The notes beneath the pieces are model-generated. The model did not search any database and was not told the DNA's origin. It worked only from the letters and a program-made list of their open reading frames with translations. 44,858 nucleotides of DNA, taken from positions 1 through 44,858 of the forward strand of contig MEDY01000250.1 of NCBI GenBank assembly GCA_001724265.1, written 5' to 3'. Numbering within the stretch: position 1 is the first letter of the stretch; each line of letters begins with the position of its first letter. The stretch comes from Rhizaria sp. SCN 62-66 (Eukaryota). This document shows positions 1 to 13,200 of the stretch, piece by piece. The position numbers and the translations under genes were made by a program.

Positions 1-96
1 GGCCCAGCCGATGCGCTTGTACTTGTCACCGTCGTGGCGGAGGAACGCCTTGGTGTGCTTCTTGACGATCTTAGGCTTGCTCACGGGAATGGCCAT
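1..96 (-). CDS. RPL32: 60S ribosomal protein eL32 (L32e), N-terminal 32 codons; the gene continues off the left edge
   Basis: The reverse complement of 96..1 reads ATG GCC ATT CCC GTG AGC AAG CCT AAG ATC GTC AAG AAG CAC ACC AAG GCG TTC CTC CGC CAC GAC GGT GAC AAG TAC AAG CGC ATC GGC TGG GCC = MAIPVSKPKIVKKHTKAFLRHDGDKYKRIGWA. This matches the eL32 N-terminal pattern KPKIVKKRTKxFxRHQSDRY. Codons are strongly C/G-ending, as expected for a highly expressed gene. Confidence 0.92.
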   Translation of the reverse strand, partial: MAIPVSKPKIVKKHTKAFLRHDGDKYKRIGWA

Positions 97-1077
97 CCTT
101 AATCAACCTACACATAAGCAAGGGAAGTTATGTGGACAACATTTGTAAGCACAATGACCGGTGAAGAGAAGTAATGAGGAGAAGCAGTCAGAAGTCAGGG
201 GACGTGACGAAGACACCTTAGTAGAGACCCATAGTCACATCCCGAAAACGAGTAATCAAACTAGCAAATAATATACGCGCCTGCACATGATTGAACATGA
301 AAAGCAATGCTATTTATCGTAGAACAGGCTCTCATAGAGGCTTCAAAGTCAGGCCCCCGTCGTGCCGCAAAGAGGTCCTGCGAGCGAGGCCGCAGCCACG
401 TCGGATTTTTTGCGAACCGAGCGGTCAGTGACGATTTTGAGGAGAAGAATCGAGGGCAGAGATCTGACGAGTTGCCGGCGTTAATATCTCCATCGTTTTG
501 TCGTCAAACGTGCGGTAAACATGGTATTCGCGCTAAATCATGCCGTTTCATACCATGATGAAATATTACAGATAATCGCCTGCGATATCCTTGTTTGCAA
601 GCTGTTGTGCAGTTGTCGCGCCAACATGTGTCAAGCTGCATCTCCCCTCACTCCTCGCCCAGCGCAAGCTCCTTGGGCTTTCCCTGACTGTAACCACTTC
701 TAATAACCAATGATTGACGCAATTATTTTGTCGGGTATATTTAACTCCGATTACACTCACATTTTGTCCCCGCTGTCTGTATCCTCCGCCGCGTCCCTTC
801 CTGTCCCCAAGTCGACTCTCGACGAACTTGAACGCCTCTCTTTGGCGCTTTATATCTTTTTATCTCAAGCCAGGTTGTCACAAATTGTGTTGTTTTAAGG
901 TTTTACACGACATTAGCTTGATTTTGAGCGTGCGGCCGACGCTTAGACCTCTATCCCCAGTGCGTTAATCGCATTCACCGCGCTCCCCCTTCACTCTTGG
1001 GGCCAGTATCCCCCGCGCCTCGCTTTTCACCCTACAGCGCTGTCCCCACCGCGTCTCCGCGTGACCCGCCACCCAGA
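97..1077. promoter_or_regulatory. Divergent (head-to-head) intergenic/promoter and 5'-UTR region shared by RPL32 and the giant BLTP2-like gene
   Basis: The two start codons point away from each other about 980 bp apart. There is a GC-rich patch at ~350-480 and a TCT/TOP-like CCTCTTT on the minus strand at 375-369. Confidence 0.55.
108..216 (-). other. Probable 5'-UTR intron of RPL32 (acceptor plausible, donor uncertain)
   Basis: The minus strand reads ...cataacttcccttgcttatgtgTAG|gttgattaaggATG, an acceptor 11 nt upstream of the ATG preceded by a pyrimidine-rich tract (ttctcctcattacttctcttcacc). Candidate donors are AG|GTGTCT at 216 or a GC-type CAG|GCGCGT at 280. Confidence 0.4.
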
Positions 1078-1200
1078 ATGATTACATCCTGTCTCATTCT
1101 GGCCGCGGTTGCGACAGCGGTGTTTAGCTGTCTTGTCGTGCTGCTTTTGCCACGCTTCCTCGCGCGGTATCTCATCCCCTGGCTAGTGCACACTCTCGCC
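1078..1200 (+). other. N-terminal transmembrane/signal anchor of the giant protein
   Basis: MITSCLILAAVATAVFSCLVVLLLPRFLARYLIPWLVHTLA is a hydrophobic stretch followed by basic residues. BLTP2-family proteins are anchored in the ER by such an N-terminal helix. Confidence 0.8.
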
Positions 1201-4200
1201 CGCATCGCAGACCCCACTCTCCCGACCCACAAACTTCCCACGGTGTCCGTAAGCCGCATCGACGCGTTCGCGCTCCCGCTGCTGCTGCGCGGCGTTGAGG
1301 TCTCCGTCGAGGGCTTTCCGCTGCCCGCGCTCGTCAGCACAACTCGCCACCGCGCCTTCGTTGCCACGACCGCTACCAGTGGCGCTGCAAGCAGTGACGC
1401 TCGCTCTTCTAGCGACGCTAGCGGCAGTCCGCGTGCCGAGCTGGGTGCCGATCACGCGGGCCAGTGGTGGGCGGCCCTGCTCGCGTCTGTGGCCAGCCCC
1501 GGCCTGCTCCTCGCGCCGCCAGTGACCGTGGGCCCCGCGGTCAGCCCCACGCTCGCGCTCACGGTCACCGTCGGGCGCGTCGGGCTCGCGGCGGCCGTGG
1601 GGCCCGCGCTCAGGGCTGCCGCCGCCGCCGCGGCTGCCGCAGTGTCGCACTCGCTCTACACAAAGCTCTTCGCTCGCAGCAAGAGCGGTTCTGCGAACGC
1701 AAGCTCTGACGACAGCACCGCGAGCGCGCCCGTGAGCGTCAGCAGCGCTGCCGTGATGGCTGCCGCGCTGTCCGTTGTCTGCGACGGCGTGGCCGTGCGC
1801 GTCCTGCTCCGCGACGCCCCAACCCGCGGCGCGCTCACGGTCACGCCCTACAAGGTCATCCCGCCGCTCTCCACTTCGCCCGCTCTGACGCCAGCGGTGG
1901 CGATGCCCGCGCTGCAGCCGCCAAGGCAGCGCGCGGCGGCCGCTGGCGCAGAGAGCGCGCAGTCGAAGCGGCGGAGCTTTCTAGCCAAGTATCAGGCCGT
2001 CAAAGCTGCTGCTGTTGCAACTGCTGCTGCAACTGCGAGCACAGCTTCCAATGACAATGGTGCGAATCCTAATGTCGGCACCTCTGCGGCTGCTGCGAAA
2101 AGTGAAAGCACCCCTGTCGAGGTCTCGTGGCTGCAGCCTATGGTTGTGACCACGCTTGCCGAGGGCTCCGCGACCGCTAGCCCTAGCGCAGCCACTGCGG
2201 CTCACAGCATCACGACCCAAGCGGTCGTCGCGAGCACTGCCTCCCCAAAAGGAGCTGTTGCGAGTGCAGCGACTGTGGGTGTGCCCTTCGCTGAGCGGTA
2301 TCCGCGGCTGTTTGCCGCCGCGATTGCCGCAGCCTGCGTCGGCGCGGCGGCGACCGCCCGCGCCGTCGCGGTCGCGCTGACGCACCTGACCGTGCGCGTC
2401 GGCGTCGACTGCGTGACCGTGGGCAACACGCGTGCCGCGGTACGCGTGAGCAACCTCGCCGCCACTGTGGCGTTTACCGCCACCGAGCTCTCCGACTCTC
2501 GCAAGACTGCACCTGCGAGGAATGATGACGCCGCCAGTGCTCTGATGCGGGTCGTGTGGTCCGGCGTCCGCGGACTGCAGGAGGGGCTGGCGGGCTCGCA
2601 GCTCACAGTCACTCTCGGCACTGTCATTGACGCGAGCGCTGACTCAGCGGGCGTTGACTCAGCTGCGGCCGCGACCGGCACCGGGGGCCTGGCCGTGAGC
2701 GTGCTGGGCCACCCGGCACAGTACCAGGCCCGGTTCGCCGAGCTGCTGGCCCCGGCTCTGGCGGTGCGCGCGGGCGGCAGCGACGACGATGACGACTGCA
2801 GTCACTCGCAGGCACTCCCCGAGTCTGTGGTTCCGGCCTGGGACGCGCCCGCAGCGGCCCCTCCGCTGCTCTCGGCCACTCTGCAGAGCGTTGTCGTGAC
2901 CGTGAGCACGACCGCGCCCGGGAGCGACCGTGTGCATCTCGTGCCCGCCGCCGCGACCGCCAGCAGCAGCGCCACCGCGAGCATCGGCCCCACCGCCCTG
3001 TGGCGCGGTCTCGGCCTCGTCGACTCGGTCGCCGTGACCGTGGGCCCCGTGACCGTGAGCGGCGACGTGGACATGCTGCCGTCCCTCGTGATGACGGTGG
3101 GCGCGGACCTTGCGGATTCAGCCATGGCTGTGGTCGCCGCGTGTGTTGCGCACAACCACACAGCGTGCATGCTCAGCAAGCTCACTGCTGCATCGTCAGA
3201 TGCTTGTGGTGGCGCTAGCGCTGCAAATGTGGCTGCTGCTGGTGCTGCTGTTGTTGACAACCGTGCAAACGCAGGAGATGATGAGCAAGACTTGGCTTTG
3301 TACAATGCGTCTGCTGCAGAGCCCACCGTGCTTCCCATGCTCTGTCTTGCGTTCTTGCCCACAGTCGCGCTCACCGTGGCCAACATCACGGCCAAGCTCC
3401 GGTCCCGCCACACTGGCGCTACTCTGGACGAATTCCGTCTTGTGAACACCCTCAAAGCATTGACACAGAACCCTGCGCCCTTGGACCTCCCGAGCCCCTC
3501 AGATACGACGACGACTGACGTGGAGCGTGTCGATGCGTTTGGCTCTGGCAGCGTTGCCATGAGAGTGAGCGAGGAGGTTTTCTCCGTCAGCCTCGGCCCG
3601 CTCACTGTCAGCTTGGCTCCTGATGCGAACGGATTGGCTCAGCAACTCAGCGAGCTCACAATGAGCCATAACACGAGTAATGTAAATGCAAACATTGTTG
3701 CTGTGCCCGAACTCTGGCTTGGCGCTGTACCTCCTAGCGCCACTATCACCGCGCTAAAGAGTGCAGCTTCTTCAATTCGTGTTCAGATGAATACTGCGCT
3801 CAGTGTTGCGCTCGCTGGGCTCGCCATTTCGGTTTCTCGTCCCCAAGATTCAGCCGAGTTAACCCAGTCTTTGCTTTCGCTTGGTGAGCTGACGGTTCTT
3901 GTTGCGATTGAGACGCCACTTACAGTCACTCCACATTTTTACGACAGCAACGATAGTGGCAGCAACATTCCCAACGATAAGCTTTTTGTTGTCGAGTCTA
4001 GTGCTCTATCGCAACAGCAGTGGTTCCAGATGACATCTGCCGCAATTTGTAACACCAACAACAAGATCAACAATAACCAAGGCAACCACTGCAATAATAA
4101 CGGCACTGACCGCGCTGCTACTGCTGCATTTCCGTCAACACTTGTGACCGTGTGCGGCAGCTTCACTGCTGCTCCCGGCGCAGACCTCGCCGTTGACATC

Positions 4201-7200
4201 CAGATCCGTCCCCAGCTTTGGGGTTGGATTCGCCAGGCAGGCTTTGCTGTGCTGTCTGCAATTACAGCCTCGGCTGCGCTCGGCGACTCCCTGACACTGG
4301 GACGTCGCAGTCTCGCCCTTGTTTTGGGTTCGAATGATGGTAGCAGCAGCGTTGATGAGTGCGGAGACACTGTCCGTGCGAAATCGAGCTCAAGCGTTTC
4401 CGATGTTACTTCACAAGGTGTTGTCACCCCGCGCGGCGAGTCGATCCACGCGCTGTCCTCTGTGGTGAACCCCATCACACTCAGCCTCGTGTCTGTGCTG
4501 CGCAACACGTCGCTGCCGGCGTCTCATATGACCGATTGCGAGTGGGTCAAGCTGTGTGCGCACCACTCCGTGACTGCCACTTCGGCCGCCGCCAAGAGCG
4601 ACCGCTCTGTTGGGGTCGGTGCTCCGCAGTCGCGGTCGAAGGGGTACTTGCCCTTACACGCCTGGCCGGTGCAGTGGGCGCCCGCGCCGGCGCTGCTTGA
4701 CACCTGGCGTGCCGTGCGGCAAGCGAAGCTCGACGCCACTGCCGCGGCCGCTGCTGCTGTCTGCGCCTGCCGCTGCAAAAGCAGTGTCGACAACAAGAGT
4801 ACTTGTTCTCATCCCAACGCCAGTGCGGGCACGAGTGAGTGTACATGTAAGTGTACGTGCGCTGAAGCATGCGAGCCTCCTGTTGTGGTCCCTCTCCATC
4901 GCAACACGGCTTCGACAAACACGAGCAGCAGCAACTGTGATGGCGCTGTCGATTCTGATATTGCACCCATCACTACGGGAACAGTCCCCGTACCAGATGC
5001 TGTCGACGTTGTTACTGAGTGGTTCAACACTCCTCTGCCTTTACCGTTCTCTTTCCCGCACGGCACACATGCCGCCGCAGCGGCGACAGCGAAGCGGCTG
5101 AACTTTACCCCCGCTGCCCCGTCACCTCTGTCTGTGTTCACGCTGCCTGCGGTGACCGTGGACGTGGATATGGCCGTGACTGCAGTCTCCGTGTCGTACT
5201 ATACGGTGCCCGTACCGTTTGCGCCGTTACTTGCTTCTGCCGTCAGGGCTACGGACACTAACAATGCAAGCTACAGTTCCGGCACAGATGGTGTGCTTTC
5301 AGTGCTGTTCATGAACGGCCTCTCAGCTCTGACCGCGCCGCACCTGACGGCTCCCGCCGCTGCGACACGCGCAGCCGGTCCGCTGCCGCTTTTTTGTTCC
5401 GGAGCGCGTTTTGCACCACTCGATGGCATATTTTCGGAGCCGATGCTGCCGTTGTTCCCGCCGACACCGGTTTACGCCGCACCCACCGTCACGACCACTT
5501 CGAGTTCTGGCAAGAAAATTCACACTGGGAGTAGCAGTCTTGCTTCCGCTGGGCATGCGACAGACGTGAACACGGTGAACGTTTGCTACGTGCAGACAAA
5601 GCCACAGCGTATTGTCCAGCTTACCCTTGCCCACAGTCGCGTCACGACCCGGCTGAACCTGTTCACGCCCACGTACGCATCTGCATTCTCTGCTGCGAAC
5701 GCTGCCCTCTACCCGCTTGGCTGCGACAACAACGACACAAGCGGCGCCGTTCCCGGCGTTGCTGGAGCCTACTTACCTCCGATTGCGACCGCCACTCACA
5801 ATAAGACTATGCGCCCTGATGAGATTGCAAGTGCATACGAGCGTGCTGTTGCCGCAGTGACTGCGGCCGAGGCGGCGGTGGCTGCGGCCGCTACTGTTCC
5901 GGGCGAAGGTGCAGTGTTCGCGTTTGTTTTGACCGACGCGATTTGCGTTGTCGACGCTGTGTATTCGCATAATCACATTACCCTGAATACCTTTACCAAG
6001 CGTGGTAGTGATGATCGTCACGGTGACGACGAGGCGAGTGATGATGAGCACGGTGACGATGATAGTGCGAGCGCCAGTGATGGTGACGTTGAGCCGCAAC
6101 AACACACGTCTGCGACTGCTGTCGGCGCCGTGCCATCTGCCACCAATCACAGTCCCACGCGTGTTGGGATGAAGTTAGGTCGTAAGCGCTCTAACTCTGT
6201 TTCCGTTGCACCTTTTACGTCCACGGAGTCAGCCTCCGGTGTCGACGCTCACGAGAAGAACAGCAACAAGCACACTGTGCGTATCGACATTACATCTCCT
6301 GCCTCCACTGCGGGTGCAGCGACTGTCACGACTGCTAGCGCGGGGCCGCGAAAGGGCGCCGCGAACCGAGCATATGCGCGCTTCCGTCGCAACGCTGCCG
6401 CTGCTGCCGCTGACGCTTCTCAGAACTCGAACGCAAACAGCTCTGGATCAGCGGATGCGGATGCGCCTGTGCGTGAGTGCAACCGCCCTAACTGGAGTGC
6501 CGGCGTGGGAGAGAACGTGTACGCGTTCGAGCCTAAAATGCTGTTCTCAGTCCCGTCGGTTGTCGTGAGTGTGCCTATTATGCCTCCCAAGCCGCCGTGC
6601 CCGTGCGTCTACTGGACCTACGGCCTCGCCCACGGCAGTCCCAGCGACGCCAATTTGTCTGTTCGCGAACCGTGTGGCGCTGAGGCGTCGTCGTTTACGA
6701 GTGCGGCTGTTGAGAGTGACGACGAGAACGACAATAGCGGTGATAACGATGGCAGCCATAGCCCTAGCCCGAGTGTGCCTGACTGTCACCGCACTCTCCT
6801 GCCACCGCCGTCGCACTCTACGTCGCAGATGTCCCGCTCGGTCAACGATCACACCGATGCCATTTCGGTGCCATTCATCCCGTTGATCCACTGCGATTGG
6901 TGCACACACCTGCCCCCGCGCCCTCTGCCCCAGCTGCCCTTGATGCCTGGCCCGCACTTTTCGATTCCTTCCTGCCACGTCGCGTATTCCGTCGCTGCGA
7001 CGGACGCCGCGGTCAGTATCGTCAAAGATGTTTTGTCGTCGCTGCCTGGTGTGTTCTACTTCAAGGACCTCTCTGCGTTTGCCCCTGTGCTTATGGGTAC
7101 AGCCAGTGAAAGTACGATCATGACGAGCGCTCTGCGGCTCGAAGGCGACCCCAACTGGCCCGTTATTACCAAAGGCATGCCGCTGCCATCGCCAGAAATT

Positions 7201-10200
7201 TCTGATGTCTCTCTGTCTTCTGTCTGGGGCGAGACAGGTTTATTCCGCGATTCGCAGTCTTCTGGCAAGTCCACCACAGGAGTGACACGCAATGCACACA
7301 AACACCAGTTCATCCTGGGCATGACGACAGAGACGCGCGCATCAGAGATGCTGCACTTGCGGCTGCAGCATGTGCAGGTTGACTTGCCGACTGAGGAGCT
7401 CTCTGCGACACTGCTTGCTGCGACAGCTGGCCTTCACCCAACTCAACTGAGCAACACCGGCATTCATCGTGGCGGTGTTAACTCCACTGCAACTGCCGCC
7501 GCTGCTGCTGTTGCAAGCGCCTGCCCAAGCTTTATTAAGTCTCCCGTCGTTGCCGAGAGCGATAATATCACTTGTTTATACACGTTCGTCGCATCCGCGG
7601 TACACCTCAGCATAGACACCACTGTTGACGATTGGTACGCATATCTCTCGCACGGTGTGCTGTCGCGTGATGCGTCTCCGATGCTCACAGTTATTGACTG
7701 CGAACTCCGCGGCGGCGACGCGAACGTGCGCAGGGGTCCCATGATTCATCCCAACGTTCCGAACGACTTTGTGTACTCGCGTCGGCAGTCAGAGATGTGG
7801 GGACGGCGCTGGCACGAACTCTACGCAGTGATCCCGCGCACGCTTACGCTGCCGCCTGCACACGGTCACTCTCACGGCCATCGCGCTCGTGCTGTCACTG
7901 TGCCCGTTTGCGAGGCACTGCACGGTGGAACCCCGAAGTTTCTCGTCGCCAGCGCCCGCGGCTGTCGCCTTGTCGGATCACCGTCATTCTTCCCTTCTCT
8001 GCTGCGACTGATTGACCAGACCGCGAGTGTCATTGGTGGGATCAGGCAGACGATCTACACGATGCTCTGGCCTTACTGCCCGCGCGCGAAACATGTGTGG
8101 CTTGTCCAGAGGGTTGCGCACGCAGCAGCGCTTGCCGACGCCGCCGTCAGTGCGGCCAAGGCAAACTCTGAGTCTGGCCGCAGTAAAAACAATGCAGCTG
8201 CAGCAGTTGAAGCGACAAAGGCGGTTTCCGCGCTTGTTGGCAACTCACGCTCTTATGCGGCAACTGTTGCTTTGACGAACGTTCCCTCTCGGGAAGGCGT
8301 TGGTGCTGATGTAGAGCCGGTCTCTGAGACTGCTAAGGATGACTCACACGACTCTCACTGCATTACAAGTCTTAACGAGTACGATTTTACGCCAGGTTCT
8401 GGGTTATCCTCGCTGTCTGGAGTGCGTTTTATCTGTGCACGTGCTGCAGCGTCTGCTCTTGACGCTGAGGCGGATGCCCTTGCTCGTACTTTAGCCTCCG
8501 CGAGCTCTACTACGACTCTCGCTCTTCCTGTCCCTGCAGTTTCCACTCTTGCCCCTGCTGCACTGTCACCTGATTTGACTTTCTACCGTCATCCGATTGC
8601 TCTCGCCGTGTTAGCCGCTCGCAGGCACCCTCAGTTGGCGCAATGGCTGACGTGGCACCAGTCGTTGCGCGCGCCGTGGCTCGCCGACTCGGCGCTTCAT
8701 GTTTCACTAGACGCGTCTGATATTGCAGTCGAGCTGGCGTTTCCCACTGACAACGCCGAGGGCGAGATCAACGGCGTCTACCCGCCCACAGATGCGGCGA
8801 CGTTCCCCGCTGCCACCGCCGCGTCTGCGACGGCACGTCGAACAGATTCTGACTCGGGTGCTTTCATTTCAGCTCCGACTTCTTCTGCAGCTTATGGTGC
8901 TGCTGCGAAGTCAGGGCGCAGTATGTCTGTCCGGCTCCCGCCTTTGCCGCGGCCTGCGCCGATTGCGCTGACAGTTACTGTCGGCCGCTTCCAGTCATGG
9001 TGCCTGCCCCACGCTTTCCGTTTCGAAGACGTTGGTATTACGCTTGCCAACGCCGTGCGCCCTCTCATAACTGTGGGCTGCGTGACGATGACGCGGACTG
9101 GATTTGTTCCCGCGTTTCTTACTGCCGCCTTCAATGAGCCGCTCTCGTTTCTCGGTGAAGGATTCTTGGACTTGACACTTGATATTGCACGCGTTCGGCT
9201 GAATGTGTCTTTGCGCACACCTCTGCGCCACCTGGTTCCTGTTGTTGCTGACAACATGCTAAGTTTGTTCTCAGCACTCTCAACCACTGTACCCTCTATT
9301 GCGTCGTACTCTCTGTGTCGCGGTGGCGCAGGCTATACCGGATTCCCGTCTCTGCCGTCTCCCAGCATCTCGCTCGCTCTCGCGGACTGCGCCGCGGTGG
9401 CCGAGGAAGAGCCTCTCGAGGAGTGGCTTCGGCGCATCACCCCGGTCTGGGGAGTCGAGCGTCGCGTGCAGCTTCAGCGCGAGCGCGTGCTCGAGGTCGA
9501 GTGGCGGCGCATAGTTGAAGTTGAGAAGGCGAGCCATATCCGGGCTGTGCTGAGTGGTCTCTATGATGATATTGCGCCTGTGCCTGTTTTCGCAGCTCCC
9601 GTTGTGAAGAACTTCACTCCTTCGCCGTCTGCTGTTGCTGCCGCTATTGCTGCTGCCACCGCCGCTGCCGACTCCACAGCAGATGCTGCCTTGGCTAAAC
9701 GTCCAACCGGCTCAACTCCTTTGATGCCGTCGTTCTCTAAGCAGCTCACTGTTGCTTCCGGATTTACGAACAGCACCGATGCTGCTTTTGCTTCGAGTAC
9801 CACCAGCCCGCCAGCACCATCGCCGCGGTCCTTGTCTCCGCGCGCGCGCAACTCACTGCCTCTGTCTTCCCCCAGAGCGGGGCCCCTCGGCTTCGCCCCT
9901 GGATCGCCGCGCACTCGTGTTTCCGTCTCGCTTGCTCCCCCATCTCCGCTTAATATTGCAAAGACTAGTGGGGCCACACAAGACGAGGATGATTCCATGA
10001 ATGCAGTTTCGGCTGAGGGTGCGATGCCCGCTCTCCCGAAGACTCCAGTCAAATCGAGCCCTGTCGCTGGTCGTGTGGCAGCACCACCGATGTCGCCAAC
10101 AGCGAGTGTAAGCAACACCGCTGCCGGCCGCGGCCGCAGTCTCACCGTATTGTCAGCTCCTTGCCCTGTGCCGCTAGCGCTCGTCGAAGACGATGATGAT

Positions 10201-13200
10201 GACGACGACACGGGTGCTATCACCCCTGACACTGGGGCAAAACCAGCTTCAACTCCTGACAGTGGCGCTAGTGCTGCAGAATCCACAGCGGCAAAGAACA
10301 AGGCGGAGTTGTCTATGAGCTTGCTTAATCTCAACGCAAGCAACACGGACAGTCGACGCGATTCCCGCTCGATTTCTAAGAAGATGGCTGATCGAAGCAA
10401 CACCCCGCCCAGCAGCAGCAATGCTGACGGGAACCTACATAGCGAGAACGACGACGCCTTTGAGAGTGCTGAGACAGCTGCGGCACGCGCTGCAAGCACT
10501 GCAGTTGCTGACGCGCAAACTCTCCTCGCTCTGCGTGCTCTGTTTGCAGCATCCGAAGTGAAGCCGTTTGATCCAACATCACTATTTATCTCATCCACCA
10601 TCGGTCAAAACGTGTATCAACACAGTGAAGACATTCTCGGCCCATCTCTTGCTTCAGCTGCCGCCAACGCTGCTGCAGCTATCAACAGCTCGACTGGCAC
10701 CGGCTCTGCCACTCGTGCACCGCTTAATGGCAGCAAGGCACTGCCTGATAGCATTGAGTCTCTTTTAAACTCTGCCAAGGCCGAGGGCTTTAGCGATAAG
10801 AAGATGCGTAAGCTGCTGTCTAAGTACCACGCTTTCAACCCCCGCTCTCCCATCGTCAACCAGCAAGCTGGCGGTCTCAGCTCGCCGTCGCCCCCCAGTG
10901 CAACGAGTGACGACTCGTACGCGGACTCACCGCCTGGTGATGCAACGATTGCCAGCGGTGCTGCGGCATCTTTGCGACGCCCCACGCTTGAGCCAGTGAT
11001 TATGACTCCGGAGCTTCTTGACAAGATCGTGAATCACCCTCTGTCGACAGTGTTCCTGGCACGACTCCTCGCCCGGCGCGCCCGCATTAACGCGCGTGTG
11101 CAGGCCAAAAACTCGAGCGAGTATCAGGCCCGCGCACGCGGCGTGTTCTTGCGTTTGCAACGGCAGCGTACGAGCGACAAAGAGGCCGATGCAGTCTCCG
11201 CCGTCAGGCTCAAGGCCGCTCCGCTGATCGCCATTGGCCCGGAGGAGGGCGGTCTCGGCCACGCACAACTGCGAAGGCTTTGTGGCGGCAGTAGCGAAGT
11301 GCTATCGGCAATCTCGACCGCGACCGGAGGAGCTGGTGCGGGAATTCCCGGCGCCGAGGCCGCTGCTGCGGCTGCTGCTGACCCCATCACTGTCAACGCG
11401 AAGGCATTGCGCGTTGCGGCTAGAGCTAAGAATACCGTTGCAGATAGGCCTGTTGCCGCGTCGGATGTGAATGGCTCTGCTAGCGCGTATTGCACACAAC
11501 ACTGCCTGCCGTTGTATCTCGCATATTCGAGTGCAGCCTATCGCGTGCGCCACAACCACCATCACCATCACCATCATCATCAACACCACCGCAACCATAG
11601 GGCACATAGTAGCTCCGTTTCCGACTCCGCCCAGTCCGCTGCTGCAGTGGCGATGGTCTTGCCGTCGTCTGCTATTAGTGCTTGCTCACGTCCATTGGTA
11701 TTACTGCGGTATGCTTTACCTGTGGCACCCGCGAACGGCTATTTCTATGGCCCCATTGCTGCTCACGCTCGCTCCGTACTTCACTTTGCCCAGTCTGCGA
11801 CTGAGATGCCCTATGCGTTCTACGGGCATTCTCAGACACTCCAGACTGCAGTCGCTGCCGCAATCAGCTCCGTCGCAAAGAACTCTGCTGCGGTCTTTGC
11901 AGCACGTGATCGCAACGACCGTGCATTGCGTGAGCGCCGGCGTGCCTTGCGGAGGCAGACGAGCATGCTGCCTACGCCCCCACGTTTCCCTTTGCCGCCA
12001 CAAATTTCTGACCAGACCGAGCTCGGAGCTTTGAGCCCCGATTCCGCAAGCACGCTCGCGTCGCCAACAAAGACTGCTGAGAGCGCTGTTCCTGGCGCGG
12101 TTAGCGGACTGATCCGGACTATGCACGCTGCTCGTGGTGACCGCTGCGGTGTCAACGCGGACGACTCTTGGCACTTAGGCTCGTTTCACTACGCGCCATC
12201 ATGCAGCGGCGGTCTTTACGCACAGACTCACCCAGGTTATAATGCCAGTGCGACTGAGACTGACCACCGTGCACCTGCCGTTGCCGCTGCTGTGCTGCGC
12301 CGTGACTCATCACTCGCTCCGCTTTCTTCTTTCACCGCCACTGCGGCGCTGACGTCGCCGTTCACAGCACGTGTTGCAACGACTGCACGCGAGCGTCGGG
12401 TGTTGACGGTTACGAATACCAACGGCAGCGCGAGCGCGGACGCCAAGACAAACAACACAGGCACCGAGAGCAAACCTGTATGCACTGCAGTTGTGGTAAG
12501 TTTTGCAGCTTCTGCGTCTGCGACTGAACTGTTCCTTTTTGGGACCTCTGCCTCCGCACTCACCGCTGCGCCGGTTGATGCCCGCAACTATCTCACAGTT
12601 CCCCTGTTCCCGGCAACGACTGTGGCCCGCGTCTCCAGTGGCGCAGTCACAGCGGCTATCGCGCCCCGCAGCGGCCCCGCTGCGTCCTGCTACCATCACG
12701 TGATCGGACTCTATACGGAACCGGTTGCGACTACAGGCCGTGGTACTGCTGTTGCAGCCGCAGCTGCTGTCTCTAAGGCAGTGCGCGCGGTAGCAGTGCG
12801 CGAAGGTTGCCGCTGTTGCGGTGCGTTCACCGCGCTTGGTGCAGGTCTTGGTACTGTTGCAGGCGCTCAAGGTTCCGCGACTGCTGATGTCGGCGTCATT
12901 GACTCGGCGTTACCCCCGTTGATTCCGATGCTTTCTGTCGAGACACATATTCAGGCAAAGACAGACTCTGAAGGAGACAACGTCCGCAGCAAAGCTTGCG
13001 CCGCAAAGACGAGCTCCACGAATGGATCTCGTTTGTTGACAACTAACCAAAGATGCGACTCCCCTACGGTAGCAGCAGCTGCTGCTCTTCTGGCAAAGGC
13101 TGCGGGCGCAAGCGTTGACAAGAGTTCTGCGACTGAGGCACAGTGGTTGCCTCACCAGGGCCTTTCTGTCGTTGCAGCTGGCGTCGATGCCGTGCTTAGG

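Noticed and set aside
555-687. Box C-like ATGATGA (555-561) and CTGA (684-687) as a C/D snoRNA
   Set aside because: No terminal stem and no recognisable rRNA-complementary guide; motifs this short occur by chance.
307-968. Short plus- and minus-strand ORFs in the divergent intergenic region
   Set aside because: No coding-type codon bias or homology; they lie in the promoter/UTR region.
997-1077. ORF-track start of the giant protein at 997
   Set aside because: It is a TTG. The first ATG (1078) places the TM anchor at the N-terminus as expected for the family.
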